From NCBI GenBank assembly GCA_965204375.1, contig OZ241986.1, positions 5,536,001-5,600,000 of the forward strand: a stretch of DNA of 64,000 bases, read 5' to 3'. A model generated the notes under the pieces. The model was not told the DNA's origin. It did no database searches and saw only the letters and a list, made by a program, of their open reading frames with translations. Origin of the DNA: Candidatus Latescibacterota bacterium. GTDB lineage: Bacteria > Latescibacterota > UBA2968. Positions 20,190 through 29,972 of the stretch are shown here, piece by piece (within the stretch, counting starts at the first letter, position 1; the number at the start of each line of letters is the position of its first letter). The position numbers and the translations under genes were made by a program.

Positions 20190-20376
20190 TGTTCTCTCCT
20201 TTTTTGGGTGTTTGCGAACGCAAAACTGTATGATAGGGAATAGGATGTGTTTTTGCCAACTGGATTTTGACTGTGTAATACAAATTTCTTGATGTTATAG
20301 AGGCAACACTGTATATTTCAACTTCTTGCCCGCCGCATGTTGGCGGTCTCATAACAAAAGATACTGGAGGTACGCT

Positions 20377-20541
20377 ATGGCTAAGCGACAGGGTAGCCGC
20401 ATAGGCATTAGAATGAAAAGTACAGAGAGTTCGCATTATTATCATACGGAAAAAAATCGACAGAATCATCCCGATCGTCTCGAACTAAAAAAGTTCGATC
20501 CCATACTGCGGAAGCGTGTGCTCTATCGGGAAGAGCGATAG
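20377..20541 (+). CDS. rpmG: 50S ribosomal protein L33 (Cys-less form)
   Basis: '[20 protein letters not shown]'; SD GGAGG. Confidence 0.93.
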   Translation: MAKRQGSRIGIRMKSTESSHYYHTEKNRQNHPDRLELKKFDPILRKRVLYREER

Positions 20542-20563
20542 ATATTGATAAGAGGATTTTTCC

Positions 20564-20806
20564 ATGGCCAGACGTTGTAGTATTACGGGAAGGGGACCGC
20601 TTAGTGGTCATCACGTGTCCCACTCCAAACGAAGAGTCAAGCGGGTGCAGAAACCCAATTTGAAGAGCAAGCGCATTTACGTTCCCGAACTGGGGCGCTT
20701 TGTGCGTATCAAACTCTCAGCCCGCGCATTGCGAACGGTGAATAAAAAAGGTCTTTTGCCGTATCTCAAAGATCGCGGTCTTTCAGTGGAGGAAGTTGCG
20801 TTATAG
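20564..20806 (+). CDS. rpmB: 50S ribosomal protein L28 (single-Cys form)
   Basis: 'MARRC.ITG..P..G..VSHS.R..KR...PNL'. Confidence 0.95.
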   Translation: MARRCSITGRGPLSGHHVSHSKRRVKRVQKPNLKSKRIYVPELGRFVRIKLSARALRTVNKKGLLPYLKDRGLSVEEVAL

Positions 20807-20828
20807 TTAAAAATTAAATTTATACTCT

Positions 20829-20980
20829 CGGATTCGGGTTGCAGTATAGGGAAAACGGTGAGAATCCGTTGCGGTCCCGCCGCTGTAACTGGGGATGTTT
20901 CTCGCACTATGCCACTGGTGAAAAACCGGGAAGGCGCGAGTAGCTCGAGACCCAGAAGCCAGAAGACCTGCCCGAATTTC
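20829..20980 (+). ncRNA. Cobalamin (AdoCbl) riboswitch
   Basis: AGGGAA..CGGTGAGAATCCG..GCGGTCCCGCCGCTGTAA...GCCACTGG...GGGAAGG...AGCCAGAAGACCTGCC (B12 box) upstream of btu genes. Confidence 0.95.
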
Positions 20981-21060
20981 AGACCTTATTGATTTCCTCG
21001 TGGATTGGGAAAAAGGTGAGATAATGCGTGCGCTATGTGGTTTTGTCGCGTTTAGCTATG

Positions 21061-21097
21061 TCCCTGATTTCTACAAGGAAGTCGGGGATTTTTTTGT
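21061..21097 (+). terminator. Putative terminator/attenuator of the riboswitch expression platform
   Basis: TCCCTGATTTC-loop-GAAGTCGGGGA followed by a T7 run. Confidence 0.65.
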
Positions 21098-21106
21098 GCG
21101 AGGTGT

Positions 21107-22210
21107 GTGTTGAATCTAAGAATATGGATGCAGATGATATGTTGTATCGGGGTTTGGACCATACCTGTCCAGGCGCAGTTGTCTTTGCAATATGCACAGG
21201 GTTTTCGCGTTGATTATTTCGATGCGTACAGGGTTGTAACAGTGCTCGCGCCCGAGAGAGGAACGCGGGAAGAGGTTCAGTATATCCTGGTGCAGCGCGG
21301 GCACGAGTCGCCCGATGGCTATGAAGGTGTTCCGAGAATAGAAGTTCCCGTGCGGACTTTGATTACGACATCTACGACGCATTTGCCACATGTCGAAAAG
21401 CTCGGTGAGGTGCATAGTCTGGTTGGGATTGATAATATCAAATATGTCAATTCAGAGGCTGTCAAACAGCGCTTTGCGGCGGGTGAGTTGGTCGAAGTTG
21501 GGCGAGATAGGGCTATTGATTTGGAAAAGGTTCTGGTGCTTCAACCCGATCTCGTTATGACAGACAATGCCTCTGTCGCGCTTCGTGAAGCGGGTGTACC
21601 TGTTGTTATTAATGCTGCATATGCGGAACCTTCGTTGCTGGGGCGCGTGGAGTGGATCAAATTTGTGGGTGCTTTTTTTCAGAAAGAAGAGCGGGCGTCG
21701 GCCCAATTTGATAGCGTTGTTGTGAGGTATGAGGCGCATAGAGCGTTGACCCAGAGTTTGCCAGCGGATAAGCGTCCCACTGTTTTTGTGGGGTCTCTCT
21801 GGCGTGGAACTTGGTTTATGTCAGGGGGCAATACCTATCCCGCGCAGTTGCTCAGGGATGCGGGGGCGAATTATCTGTGGGGAGATGATGATTCACGGCA
21901 GAGTTTGGCGCTTGATTTTGAAACGGTTTACGAAAAGGCACACGATGCGGATTGCTGGATTACGATGAGAAATGAGTGGTACTCTCGAGGCGATGTTGTC
22001 GCCGAGGATGAGCGGTACAAAAAATTCACGGCGTTTGAGGATGGTAATGTTTTCAATGCCAATGCGCGCCTCAATGCGCATGGGGGGAATGATTATTGGG
22101 AGACGGGGCTTATTGAGCCAGATGTTGTATTGGCTGATATTATTAAAATTTTGTATCCCGATTTGTTGTTGGATCATCAACTCAAGTACTATCGAAAGCT
22201 CGATCCATAG
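21107..22210 (+). CDS. Cobalamin ABC transporter substrate-binding protein (BtuF-like)
   Basis: 'EKVL.LQPDLV', 'E...LGR.EWIKF', 'NDYWE.G..PD.VLAD'; riboswitch context. Confidence 0.85.
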   Translation: MLNLRIWMQMICCIGVWTIPVQAQLSLQYAQGFRVDYFDAYRVVTVLAPERGTREEVQYILVQRGHESPDGYEGVPRIEVPVRTLITTSTTHLPHVEKLGEVHSLVGIDNIKYVNSEAVKQRFAAGELVEVGRDRAIDLEKVLVLQPDLVMTDNASVALREAGVPVVINAAYAEPSLLGRVEWIKFVGAFFQKEERASAQFDSVVVRYEAHRALTQSLPADKRPTVFVGSLWRGTWFMSGGNTYPAQLLRDAGANYLWGDDDSRQSLALDFETVYEKAHDADCWITMRNEWYSRGDVVAEDERYKKFTAFEDGNVFNANARLNAHGGNDYWETGLIEPDVVLADIIKILYPDLLLDHQLKYYRKLDP

Positions 22211-22213
22211 CTT

Positions 22214-24409
22214 ATGAATACGATGCGTTTTTTAATTGTGCTAATTCTCTGTGCGAATACGCCGCTTTGGGCAGCACAGATTGTTGGCCGCGTTACCGAT
22301 GCAGAGACCCGAATGCCCATCGCAAGTGTGCGTGTTCGAATTCTCAATACGGATTTTGTGACGCAGACGGATGAAGGGGGACGCTTTTCTTTTTCCGATC
22401 TGATGCCCGGTTCTTATACGCTTGTCATGACACATGTGGCTTACGATGTAGGGCAACGCACGGTTCGGGTGACCAAAATGGCTGAGGTTTTTATTGCGCT
22501 ATCACATAGGACGTTTTCTCTCGATGAGTTCTCGGTGATTGCCGATCCGATAGGAGCCAGTGATATTCACAGGAATCCGGCGTATGCGACGGTTATTACG
22601 CGCGAAAGTTTTGAGGGTAGAGAGACAACGTTGCCAGATGTATTGGCTGAGGCCACGGGTGTACACGTTAAGCGTCTCGGTGGGCTGGGTGCTTTTAGTA
22701 CGCTTTCGTTGCGCGGTTCATCAGCCGATCAGGTTGAGGTCTATCTCGATGGCATTTTGCTCAATACCGCTTTTGGTGGGGGGGTAGATCTCAGCAATTT
22801 GCCTTTGGCTCACGTCGGGCAGATTGAGGTGTATCGCGGTGCAGGTGCCGGGGGCAATGGTCTGGGGGGTACGGTGCATGTGCGTACGCGGCGGACGCAG
22901 AGACGATGGTTTCACGGGATTCGAGGGTCGTGGGGGGCTTTTGATACGCGTCTGCTGAGCGGTGTGTTCGCGGGCGGGTTTGGTCAGTCGGAGTTTCTCG
23001 TTGTGGCCGATTATGCACATAGCGATAACGATTTTGGATTTCTCGATGATAATGGGACGGAATACAATGACAGTGACGATGTTTGGAGCAGGCGTCAAAA
23101 TAACGATCATCGATCTTTTAATCTGCTGGGCAAATGGCGGCGCGCTTTTGGGGAGGATAGAATTTTATTCATTCACGAGTCCGCGTACTGGAAATATCAG
23201 GGTGTGCCCGGTATTAGCAATAATCAGTCGCAGAATGCCCATTTGGATGTTTTCCAAACGATGACGGAAGTCGCTTATGAGGATCGCGTTTTGTTGGGCG
23301 GGGTGAGTACGCGGCAATCGCTTTATGTGACGCATGTCAAAGAGCGGTTCCGCGATCTGGATGGCGAAATCGGGATTGGTCGCCAGGATAATGATTATCT
23401 CACGCGCACTTATGGGTGGCTGGGCCGTTTGCAAGCGGTTCTGTTTTCGCGCTGTGATATCGCGACAGCGATTGGGTTGCACAGGGAGACTTATTTGCCC
23501 ACGGCGCGCATCCGGTCTGTTGCCAGTTTGTTCGATAGTCAGCGGTGGGTTTTTTCCGCACGCGCGGGGTTGGATATTTCGCTGCCGGGTGAGATGGGTA
23601 TCTGGTCTTTTGGCGCGGAACAACGGCGGATATACAGTTCGTTTACCGGTGCGAATCCCTTTAATTTTTCGCCGCTCGCACCCGATTCGGCCAATACGCG
23701 CAGTCTGACCAGTCTGCGTTCGGGGGTGCGGTTAGATCTGGCATCCCATCTGATGTTTAAGGCCAATGCGGGACGCGTATTTCGCGTGCCTTCTTTTTAC
23801 GAGCTTTTTGGCGATCGCGGCGGCGTGGTCGGCAATGTCAATCTCAGGCCGGAGTATGGTTTGACCTGGGATGCAGGTCTGCGTTATGCAGATGGGATGA
23901 CTACTTTGGAAGGCGCGTTTTTTGACCATCGCTATGAGGATTTGATTCAGTTTGTTCACACGTCACAGGCTACGTCGCGTCCGGCCAATATTGGGAAAGC
24001 GCGTGTGTATGGTTTTGAAGTGACCGCGCAGAGACGCTTTGGTTCTCGGGGCGATTTGTCGGGGAATTACACGTATCAAAAGGCTACCGATAAGTCCAAT
24101 ATTCCCCATTTAGCTGGTAATATTTTGCCAAATCGCCCGCCACACGCGCTGTTTGTTCGCGCGACGATGCGTCTGGGACACTGTACTCTGTTTTACGACT
24201 ATGCGTTTGAAGATGGCAATTTTCTCGATCAGGCGAATCGACGTCCACTACTTTCGCGGCATGTTCACAATGCGGGTGTGAAAGTGGATACGAGGCTGCG
24301 ATTTCACGTTGGATTGGAGGTGAAGAATTTAACCGGGTCACAAATCGCCGATACCTGGGGTTATCCGCTGCCGGGGCGTGCGGTTTTTGTGAGTGTGAAT
24401 GCGGATTAA
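22214..24409 (+). CDS. TonB-dependent cobalamin receptor (BtuB-like) with N-terminal CarboxypepD_reg-like domain
   Basis: Signal peptide, plug 'SLRGS...V.VYLDG', 'IEVYRG', 'GN.NL.PE', C-terminal 'YPLPGR'. Confidence 0.88.
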   Translation: MNTMRFLIVLILCANTPLWAAQIVGRVTDAETRMPIASVRVRILNTDFVTQTDEGGRFSFSDLMPGSYTLVMTHVAYDVGQRTVRVTKMAEVFIALSHRTFSLDEFSVIADPIGASDIHRNPAYATVITRESFEGRETTLPDVLAEATGVHVKRLGGLGAFSTLSLRGSSADQVEVYLDGILLNTAFGGGVDLSNLPLAHVGQIEVYRGAGAGGNGLGGTVHVRTRRTQRRWFHGIRGSWGAFDTRLLSGVFAGGFGQSEFLVVADYAHSDNDFGFLDDNGTEYNDSDDVWSRRQNNDHRSFNLLGKWRRAFGEDRILFIHESAYWKYQGVPGISNNQSQNAHLDVFQTMTEVAYEDRVLLGGVSTRQSLYVTHVKERFRDLDGEIGIGRQDNDYLTRTYGWLGRLQAVLFSRCDIATAIGLHRETYLPTARIRSVASLFDSQRWVFSARAGLDISLPGEMGIWSFGAEQRRIYSSFTGANPFNFSPLAPDSANTRSLTSLRSGVRLDLASHLMFKANAGRVFRVPSFYELFGDRGGVVGNVNLRPEYGLTWDAGLRYADGMTTLEGAFFDHRYEDLIQFVHTSQATSRPANIGKARVYGFEVTAQRRFGSRGDLSGNYTYQKATDKSNIPHLAGNILPNRPPHALFVRATMRLGHCTLFYDYAFEDGNFLDQANRRPLLSRHVHNAGVKVDTRLRFHVGLEVKNLTGSQIADTWGYPLPGRAVFVSVNAD

Positions 24410-24448
24410 GCAGATGAAAGTTTCTTTTTAACACAGGAGGAGGATGTA

Positions 24449-25681
24449 ATGAGGTGGTTTTTAGTTGTTCTGCTTTTTGCAACAGATGCGCTGGCAAATC
24501 AAGCAGTTATTACGACGACGGATTATAGCAGTGGTAGTTTTTCGAGTTTAGATCTCAGTACAAATACGGCAACAAACGATCATTTGACTATTCATTCAGA
24601 TGCAGTGGTGAGGACGTATCGGGATAAGGTGTATGTTATCAATCGGCTGGGACAGGATAATGTGATTGTTTTGAATCGCAGTGATCTGAAGACGCCTTTG
24701 ACGCAGTATTCGACGGGTAATGGTTCAAATCCGCACGATATGGCTTTTGTCAGTGAGGAGAAAGCGTATATTTCGCGGTATGAGCAGACGCAATTGCTGA
24801 TTGTAAATCCCGTTACGGGTGATTCATTGGGTGCGGTAGAATTATCGGCATTTGCAGATGCAGATGGTTTGCCCGAAATATCTCAGCTCGCGTTGTACGA
24901 CAATCATTTGTTTGTTGCGTGTCAACGGCTGGATCGAGATAATGGATGGGTGCCGACGGACTTTTCAGTGATTGCGGTTGTTGATGTGATGACGGATGAG
25001 GTGGTGGATGTGGATGCAAATACAGCCGGGGTGCAGGGGGTTGTGATGGCGGGTAAGAATCCCGCGGGTGCGGTGCAGCGAGGGAATAAGTGGTTTTTGA
25101 GCGCGGTTAATACGTTTGGTGATTTGACGGATGGCGGGATTGAGGTGATTGATCTGGCAAATTTGAGGAGCGAAGGCGTTGTTCTTGGTGAGGAGATTTT
25201 GGGTGGCAATCTGAGTTCTCTGGCGATGGTTTCCGATGATGAGGGGTATGTCGTTGTTTTAGATGCGAGTTTTGCCAATATCGTCAAACGATTCGGTTTG
25301 GGGATGCAGTCTGTATCGTCGGGTTTGAGTGGTCTTTCAGGCGGATTTGTTCCGAGTGTGGGAGTATTTGGAGGAAGGTTATACGTTTTGGATCAAGGAA
25401 GTTTTGTGGATCCGACATCGGCGGGGGTGCGGGTTTATGATGTGAAGACGGATGAGCTGGTTGCTGGTCCGATTAATACGGGACTGCCGCCTTCGGGTAT
25501 TGCGTTTGTGGGCAGTGTGGCTGATTTTAATGGCGATTGTGTGGTTGATTTTAGCGATTTTCTGGCTTTTGCTTCCGCGTTTGGGAAATCAGCGAGTGAT
25601 GCTATGTTCGATTTGGATGGCAACGGTTCGATTGATTTTCCCGATTTTCTGATTTTTGTTTCGGAATTTGAAGGTGAATAA
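24449..25681 (+). CDS. Secreted beta-propeller (BtuG/YncE-like) with C-terminal dockerin/EF-hand-like tail
   Basis: Repeated beta-blade motifs 'KVYVINR', 'NPHDMAFVS..KAY'; tail 'ADFNGDCVVDFSDFL.F..FG...DLDGNGSIDFPDFL'. Confidence 0.75.
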   Translation: MRWFLVVLLFATDALANQAVITTTDYSSGSFSSLDLSTNTATNDHLTIHSDAVVRTYRDKVYVINRLGQDNVIVLNRSDLKTPLTQYSTGNGSNPHDMAFVSEEKAYISRYEQTQLLIVNPVTGDSLGAVELSAFADADGLPEISQLALYDNHLFVACQRLDRDNGWVPTDFSVIAVVDVMTDEVVDVDANTAGVQGVVMAGKNPAGAVQRGNKWFLSAVNTFGDLTDGGIEVIDLANLRSEGVVLGEEILGGNLSSLAMVSDDEGYVVVLDASFANIVKRFGLGMQSVSSGLSGLSGGFVPSVGVFGGRLYVLDQGSFVDPTSAGVRVYDVKTDELVAGPINTGLPPSGIAFVGSVADFNGDCVVDFSDFLAFASAFGKSASDAMFDLDGNGSIDFPDFLIFVSEFEGE

Positions 25682-25691
25682 ATAAAAAGTC

Positions 25692-25732
25692 TTTATCCGC
25701 GTTCATCCGTTCATCCGCGTAATCCGCGATCC
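25692..25732. repeat. Short tandem ATCCGCG/ATCCGT repeats (dispersed family; also 60481-60520)
   Basis: ttatccgcgttcatccgttcatccgcgtaatccgcgatcc. Confidence 0.7.
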
Positions 25733-25747
25733 AAAAGAGAGGTTGCT

Positions 25748-26299
25748 ATGAGTACCAAACAACGCAAGCGGCATGTGAAAAAGGGTCTGGTGATGGTCAA
25801 TACCGGAGATGGCAAGGGCAAGACCACGGCGGCACTGGGGGTGATGACCCGCGCATGGGGGCGCAAGATGCGTGTGGGCGTGATTCAGTTTTTGAAGCAC
25901 GAGAATGCCAATTTTGGCGAGATTCGCGCGGCCAGACGCATGGAGATTGATTGGATCGGTACGGGCGATGGATGGACGTGGACGAGTAAGGATATCGATG
26001 AGACACAGGCTCGGGCATTGCGCGGTTGGGAAGTGGCGCAGGAGCGGATTGTTAGCGGGAATTACGATCTGTTTATTCTGGATGAGTTTACGTATTTGAT
26101 GGCTTTTGGCTGGTTGGATGCAACAGAGGTGGTGAGTTGGCTGCGGGAGCATAAGCCCGAGATGTTGCATGTGATTATTACGGGGCGAGATGCGCCAGAC
26201 GCGCTGGTTGATTTTGCCGATATGGTGACGGAGATGCGGGAGATTAAGCATCCGTTTAGTGATCAGGGTATTGTGGCTCAACCCGGGATTGATTTTTGA
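25748..26299 (+). CDS. cobO: Cob(I)yrinic acid a,c-diamide adenosyltransferase
   Basis: '[13 protein letters not shown]', 'QFLK', 'ILDE', 'TGR.AP', 'KHPF..G..AQ.GIDF'. Confidence 0.95.
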   Translation: MSTKQRKRHVKKGLVMVNTGDGKGKTTAALGVMTRAWGRKMRVGVIQFLKHENANFGEIRAARRMEIDWIGTGDGWTWTSKDIDETQARALRGWEVAQERIVSGNYDLFILDEFTYLMAFGWLDATEVVSWLREHKPEMLHVIITGRDAPDALVDFADMVTEMREIKHPFSDQGIVAQPGIDF

Positions 26300-26300
26300 G

Positions 26301-27419
26301 ATGGATGAGTTTGTCGATCAGCATGAGTATTACGATTTGAAGCGCGATGGGCGTTTTTTGATCGCGGAATTGCTGGCGCCGCATCAGGTGCTGAGTACGT
26401 CGGCATATCGCGGTGGCATGTGCGAGCGTATCCGATATCTGGTGAATCACCAGAGTTGTGAGGGCAATGGACACGATGCGCGTTTTGCGTTGATTGTGCA
26501 ACTGGGTGAGGTGGGGTATCATCGCCATGTATGCGGAGAGCGCGGCCTGTCGCCGGACGCGGTTGCGCTGATGGGTACGGCTGCGAATATGAATTATGCG
26601 ACTCGCGTTGTGGATACGCATGCCGAGTTGCGCGTGTGTGCGGTTGTTACCGCAGGTGTTGAGGGCAATGCGGGGTGTGCGGGCGATGGGGCGAGTTGGC
26701 ACGAAGAGGATGCGGGATGGCGCCATATCCATGAGGGGACGATCAATGCTATGGTGTTGATCAATTGGCCGCTTACGCCGGGGGCGATGGCGCGGGCAGT
26801 GGTGACGATGACCGAGGGAAAGTCTGCCGCGCTTCGAGATCTCGCTGTTTCGAGTCGCTATTCTCAGGATCTCGCAACGGGTACTGGTACAGATCAGTAC
26901 TGTATTGCCGCGCCTTTGGATAAGACACGAGTGCCCAAGACCAATGCGGGACATCACGCAAAATTGGGCGAGTTGATCGGCAAATCTATGCGCAGGGCTA
27001 CGCTGGAGGCGCTGCGATGGCAAAATGGTTTGGAGGCGTCGCATACGCGTAGCGTTTTTCATGCGTTGAAGCGGTTTGGGTTTAGAGAGGATCGATTTTT
27101 GTCGGCGATGGAGAAACGGCTCAAAGCGGGTGATTTTGCGTTGTTGCAGAAGAATCTCAAGTCTGTTGTTTACGAACCGCGCGTTTCGGCGGCGGCTTAT
27201 GGGTTTGCAGCGGTTTGGGATCGGGTACGGTATGGGACGCTTTCATATGCAATGGCCGATCCGGTGTTGCGACAACAGGCAGCGATACTGGCGACTTCGC
27301 TGGCGGCGAGACCGGATGTCTGGTTGTCGTGTTACGAGCAGTTGAGCGTGAATGAAAACGCATTTTTGGAGGTCGTTTACGATGCATTTGCGCTTGGATG
27401 GCGTTTGAAATGGACGTGA
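26301..27419 (+). CDS. cbiZ: Adenosylcobinamide amidohydrolase
   Basis: 'MGTAA.M', 'TAGV.GNA', 'GTIN', 'TEGK', 'ATGTGTD', 'G.H.KLGE'. Confidence 0.9.
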   Translation: MDEFVDQHEYYDLKRDGRFLIAELLAPHQVLSTSAYRGGMCERIRYLVNHQSCEGNGHDARFALIVQLGEVGYHRHVCGERGLSPDAVALMGTAANMNYATRVVDTHAELRVCAVVTAGVEGNAGCAGDGASWHEEDAGWRHIHEGTINAMVLINWPLTPGAMARAVVTMTEGKSAALRDLAVSSRYSQDLATGTGTDQYCIAAPLDKTRVPKTNAGHHAKLGELIGKSMRRATLEALRWQNGLEASHTRSVFHALKRFGFREDRFLSAMEKRLKAGDFALLQKNLKSVVYEPRVSAAAYGFAAVWDRVRYGTLSYAMADPVLRQQAAILATSLAARPDVWLSCYEQLSVNENAFLEVVYDAFALGWRLKWT

Positions 27420-28390
27420 CAATACTCGAGCCGGATCCGGTTTTGCTCCTTTGCGCGGTTGTTTTGGATGGTTTTTTTGGCGACCCGGTTTACGCGTTGC
27501 ATCCCATTCGTTTGATGGGTGCGACGCTGTCTTTTTTTGAGCGGATGCTTCGCGGTTTGCGTTTGGATGGTTATGCGGGAGGGTGTTTTCTGTTTTTATT
27601 GCTGTCTGCGTTTTGGGTGGGGGTTGTCTGTGCATTGGCTTTTGTGTTGCATTATGTCCAATCTGGGGTGGGTTGGATTTTTCAGGTTTTTGTTTTGTAC
27701 TCTATGCTTGCGCTCAAAGATTTGTGCAAGCACGGGTTGACGATTGATCGCGCTGCTGATTTGGAGCGTGCGCGAGAGGCGGCGTCTATGCTTGTGGGGC
27801 GCGATACGGATGTGATGGATTTTGCGGCTTGCAGGCGTGCGGGTATGGAGAGTTTGAGCGAGAATGCAGTAGATGGTTTTGTTTCGCCGATTTTTTGGTA
27901 CGCTATACTGGGGTTGCCGGGTGTTGTGCTTTTTAAGGTGGTCAGTACGATGGATTCCATGGTGGGGTTTAGGACGCCGCAATACCGCTATTTTGGATGG
28001 TGTGGGGCGCGGCTGGACGATGTGCTCAATTTTATTCCCGCGCGGTTGACGTATTTGGGGATGGTGCTGGTGGCGTTTTTTATGCCCGGATGTTCCGCCC
28101 GCAAGGCATTGCTTATCGGGTGGCGGCAACACGCGCTTGTTCCAGGACCAAATTCCGGGTGGAGCGAAGCTACAGCTGCAGGCGCTTTGCAGAGGCGATT
28201 GGTCGGTCCTGTTTGGCAGGGAGGAACGCAGGTTACAGATCTCTGGTTGGGCGATGCGGATGATCCCGAAGGCGGTCAACCCGGAGATATGCGCCGTATG
28301 TGTGTTTTTGTTATTGTCACCTGTTTGCTCGCGACAGGGCTGGCGGTTTTATATGTGTTCATGTCGCGTTCGCATTCATTGACTTTCTGA
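27410..28390 (+). CDS. cbiB: Adenosylcobinamide-phosphate synthase CbiB/CobD
   Basis: 'D..FGDP....HP', 'VGRDT', 'ES..EN..DG..SP', 'DSMVG', 'DD..N.IPARL', 'PN.GW.EA'. Confidence 0.93.
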   Translation: MDVTILEPDPVLLLCAVVLDGFFGDPVYALHPIRLMGATLSFFERMLRGLRLDGYAGGCFLFLLLSAFWVGVVCALAFVLHYVQSGVGWIFQVFVLYSMLALKDLCKHGLTIDRAADLERAREAASMLVGRDTDVMDFAACRRAGMESLSENAVDGFVSPIFWYAILGLPGVVLFKVVSTMDSMVGFRTPQYRYFGWCGARLDDVLNFIPARLTYLGMVLVAFFMPGCSARKALLIGWRQHALVPGPNSGWSEATAAGALQRRLVGPVWQGGTQVTDLWLGDADDPEGGQPGDMRRMCVFVIVTCLLATGLAVLYVFMSRSHSLTF

Positions 28391-28407
28391 GGTCAGTCCA
28401 CTATTTT
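28379..28407 (+). promoter_or_regulatory. Internal sigma-70 promoter of hicB-hicA with overlapping palindrome
   Basis: TTGACT-17 bp-TATTTT; imperfect palindrome TGACTTTCTGAGGTCA (28380-28395). Confidence 0.6.
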
Positions 28408-28435
28408 TTAGTATGTTATTTTGAGGAGGATATAT

Positions 28436-28705
28436 ATGAAAACATATTTATTTAAGGCTGTCTTGGAGAAAGACAAGTGGCCCGATGAGCCGGATGCGAA
28501 AGCGGTCTGGAGAGCTTATGTTCCCGCATTGGAGCATAAAGGGGCTGCGAGTTGGGGATATACTGAGAAAGAGGCGTTAGAGAATTTAGAAAATGCCGTT
28601 GATCTTCTTGTTGCGTATCTGCTGGAGAATGGAGAAGAGATTCCTTCTGAACCATCATCACAGATTCAGGTTAGCGATGTTCCTCTGGTCACTGTAGCTA
28701 TCTAA
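28436..28705 (+). CDS. hicB: HicB family antitoxin (short, no obvious DNA-binding domain)
   Basis: 'A.VP.L...G..SWG.T..EALEN...A..L......GE.IP'. Confidence 0.88.
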   Translation: MKTYLFKAVLEKDKWPDEPDAKAVWRAYVPALEHKGAASWGYTEKEALENLENAVDLLVAYLLENGEEIPSEPSSQIQVSDVPLVTVAI

Positions 28706-28706
28706 T

Positions 28707-28958
28707 ATGGCGATTGATTACAGCAGGCTTCGTTCGTTGACGGCGCGTAGATTGATACGGGCACTAAACAGAGACGGGTTTCGTGAATATAGAAGAAAAG
28801 GCGCGACCCGTTTTTTTGTTCACCCAGATGGTAGAATGACGACTATTCATCTCCACAATATGAATCAGACCTTTGCTGTCGGTACGCTCAAATCAATCAT
28901 TGAGAGACAAGTTCAGTGGGGTGAAACCGATCTTGAGCGTCTTGGACTTTTGAAATGA
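28707..28958 (+). CDS. hicA: HicA family toxin
   Basis: 'LIRAL..DGF...R.KG....F.HPDGR.T.I..H.....GTL.SI'. Confidence 0.82.
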   Translation: MAIDYSRLRSLTARRLIRALNRDGFREYRRKGATRFFVHPDGRMTTIHLHNMNQTFAVGTLKSIIERQVQWGETDLERLGLLK

Positions 28959-28972
28959 TTTGACAGAGGTGC

Positions 28973-29968
28973 ATGGTGGCGATTCTTAAAACACAAAATC
29001 TCGCTGTGGGGTATAAACACGGTCGTCGTCCGCCTCGCGTTGTGGCGCGCGATATAGATGTGTCGCTCCATCGTGGTGAGTTTGTGTGTTTGCTGGGTCC
29101 CAATGGTGCGGGGAAATCTACGCTTATTCGCACGCTTGTGGGGATGCAGCCGCCGCTCGAGGGGCATGTTTATCTTATGGGTAGAGATATCGCGGATATG
29201 TCTGCTATAGAGGTTGCCCAGGTGATCAGCGTGGTGCTTACGGATCGCATGAGTGTGGGTATTATGGCTGTGCGCGATCTGGTCGGTCTGGGGCGATATC
29301 CCCATACGGATTGGATCGGACGCTTTACAGAGGAAGATGAACGGGTTGTTTCCTGGGCTATTCGGGCAGCCCGCGCAGAGGATCTGGCATATCGCAATGT
29401 GGCCGAACTCAGCGATGGCGAGCGTCAAAAGGTTATGATTGCACGCGCGCTGGCGCAGCAGCCCGATCTTATGATTCTGGATGAACCCACGGCGTTTCTC
29501 GATCTGCCCCGCCGCGCTGAAATTATGGCTTTGTTGCAAGATCTGGCTCATTCTACGGGTAAGGCGATTTTGCTTTCAACGCATGATTTGGATCTGGCAC
29601 TGCGCTGTGCAGACCGCATCTTTCTTTTGCCGTTTGAAGGCGCGTTACAGACTGGTGCGCCCGAGGATTTAATTCTCAATGGTGCATTTGAAGGTGCGTT
29701 TCAGAGTGATGGCGTGCGTTTTGATGCGGATACAGGTGCGTTTCAGCTCAATGCTCAACGCGGTTGCTCTGCGGTTGCTGTTTCTGGGGAAGGACGACGC
29801 GCTTATTGGACAAGGCGCGCACTGGAGAGGGCGGGGTTTCAAGTGGGAGATGCGGGAGCTGAGTGGTGTGTCGATATTCGAGAAGGGGATGCCTGGTGTG
29901 TTGAGTACGGTGGATTAATCCGGGAATACGATTCGATTGCCGATTTGATTGCGGGACTAAGGGGATGA
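28973..29968 (+). CDS. Cobalamin/Fe-complex ABC transporter ATPase (BtuD-like)
   Basis: 'GPNGAGKST', 'LSDGERQ', 'ILDEPT', 'STHD'. Confidence 0.92.
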   Translation: MVAILKTQNLAVGYKHGRRPPRVVARDIDVSLHRGEFVCLLGPNGAGKSTLIRTLVGMQPPLEGHVYLMGRDIADMSAIEVAQVISVVLTDRMSVGIMAVRDLVGLGRYPHTDWIGRFTEEDERVVSWAIRAARAEDLAYRNVAELSDGERQKVMIARALAQQPDLMILDEPTAFLDLPRRAEIMALLQDLAHSTGKAILLSTHDLDLALRCADRIFLLPFEGALQTGAPEDLILNGAFEGAFQSDGVRFDADTGAFQLNAQRGCSAVAVSGEGRRAYWTRRALERAGFQVGDAGAEWCVDIREGDAWCVEYGGLIREYDSIADLIAGLRG

Positions 29969-29972
29969 GAGA

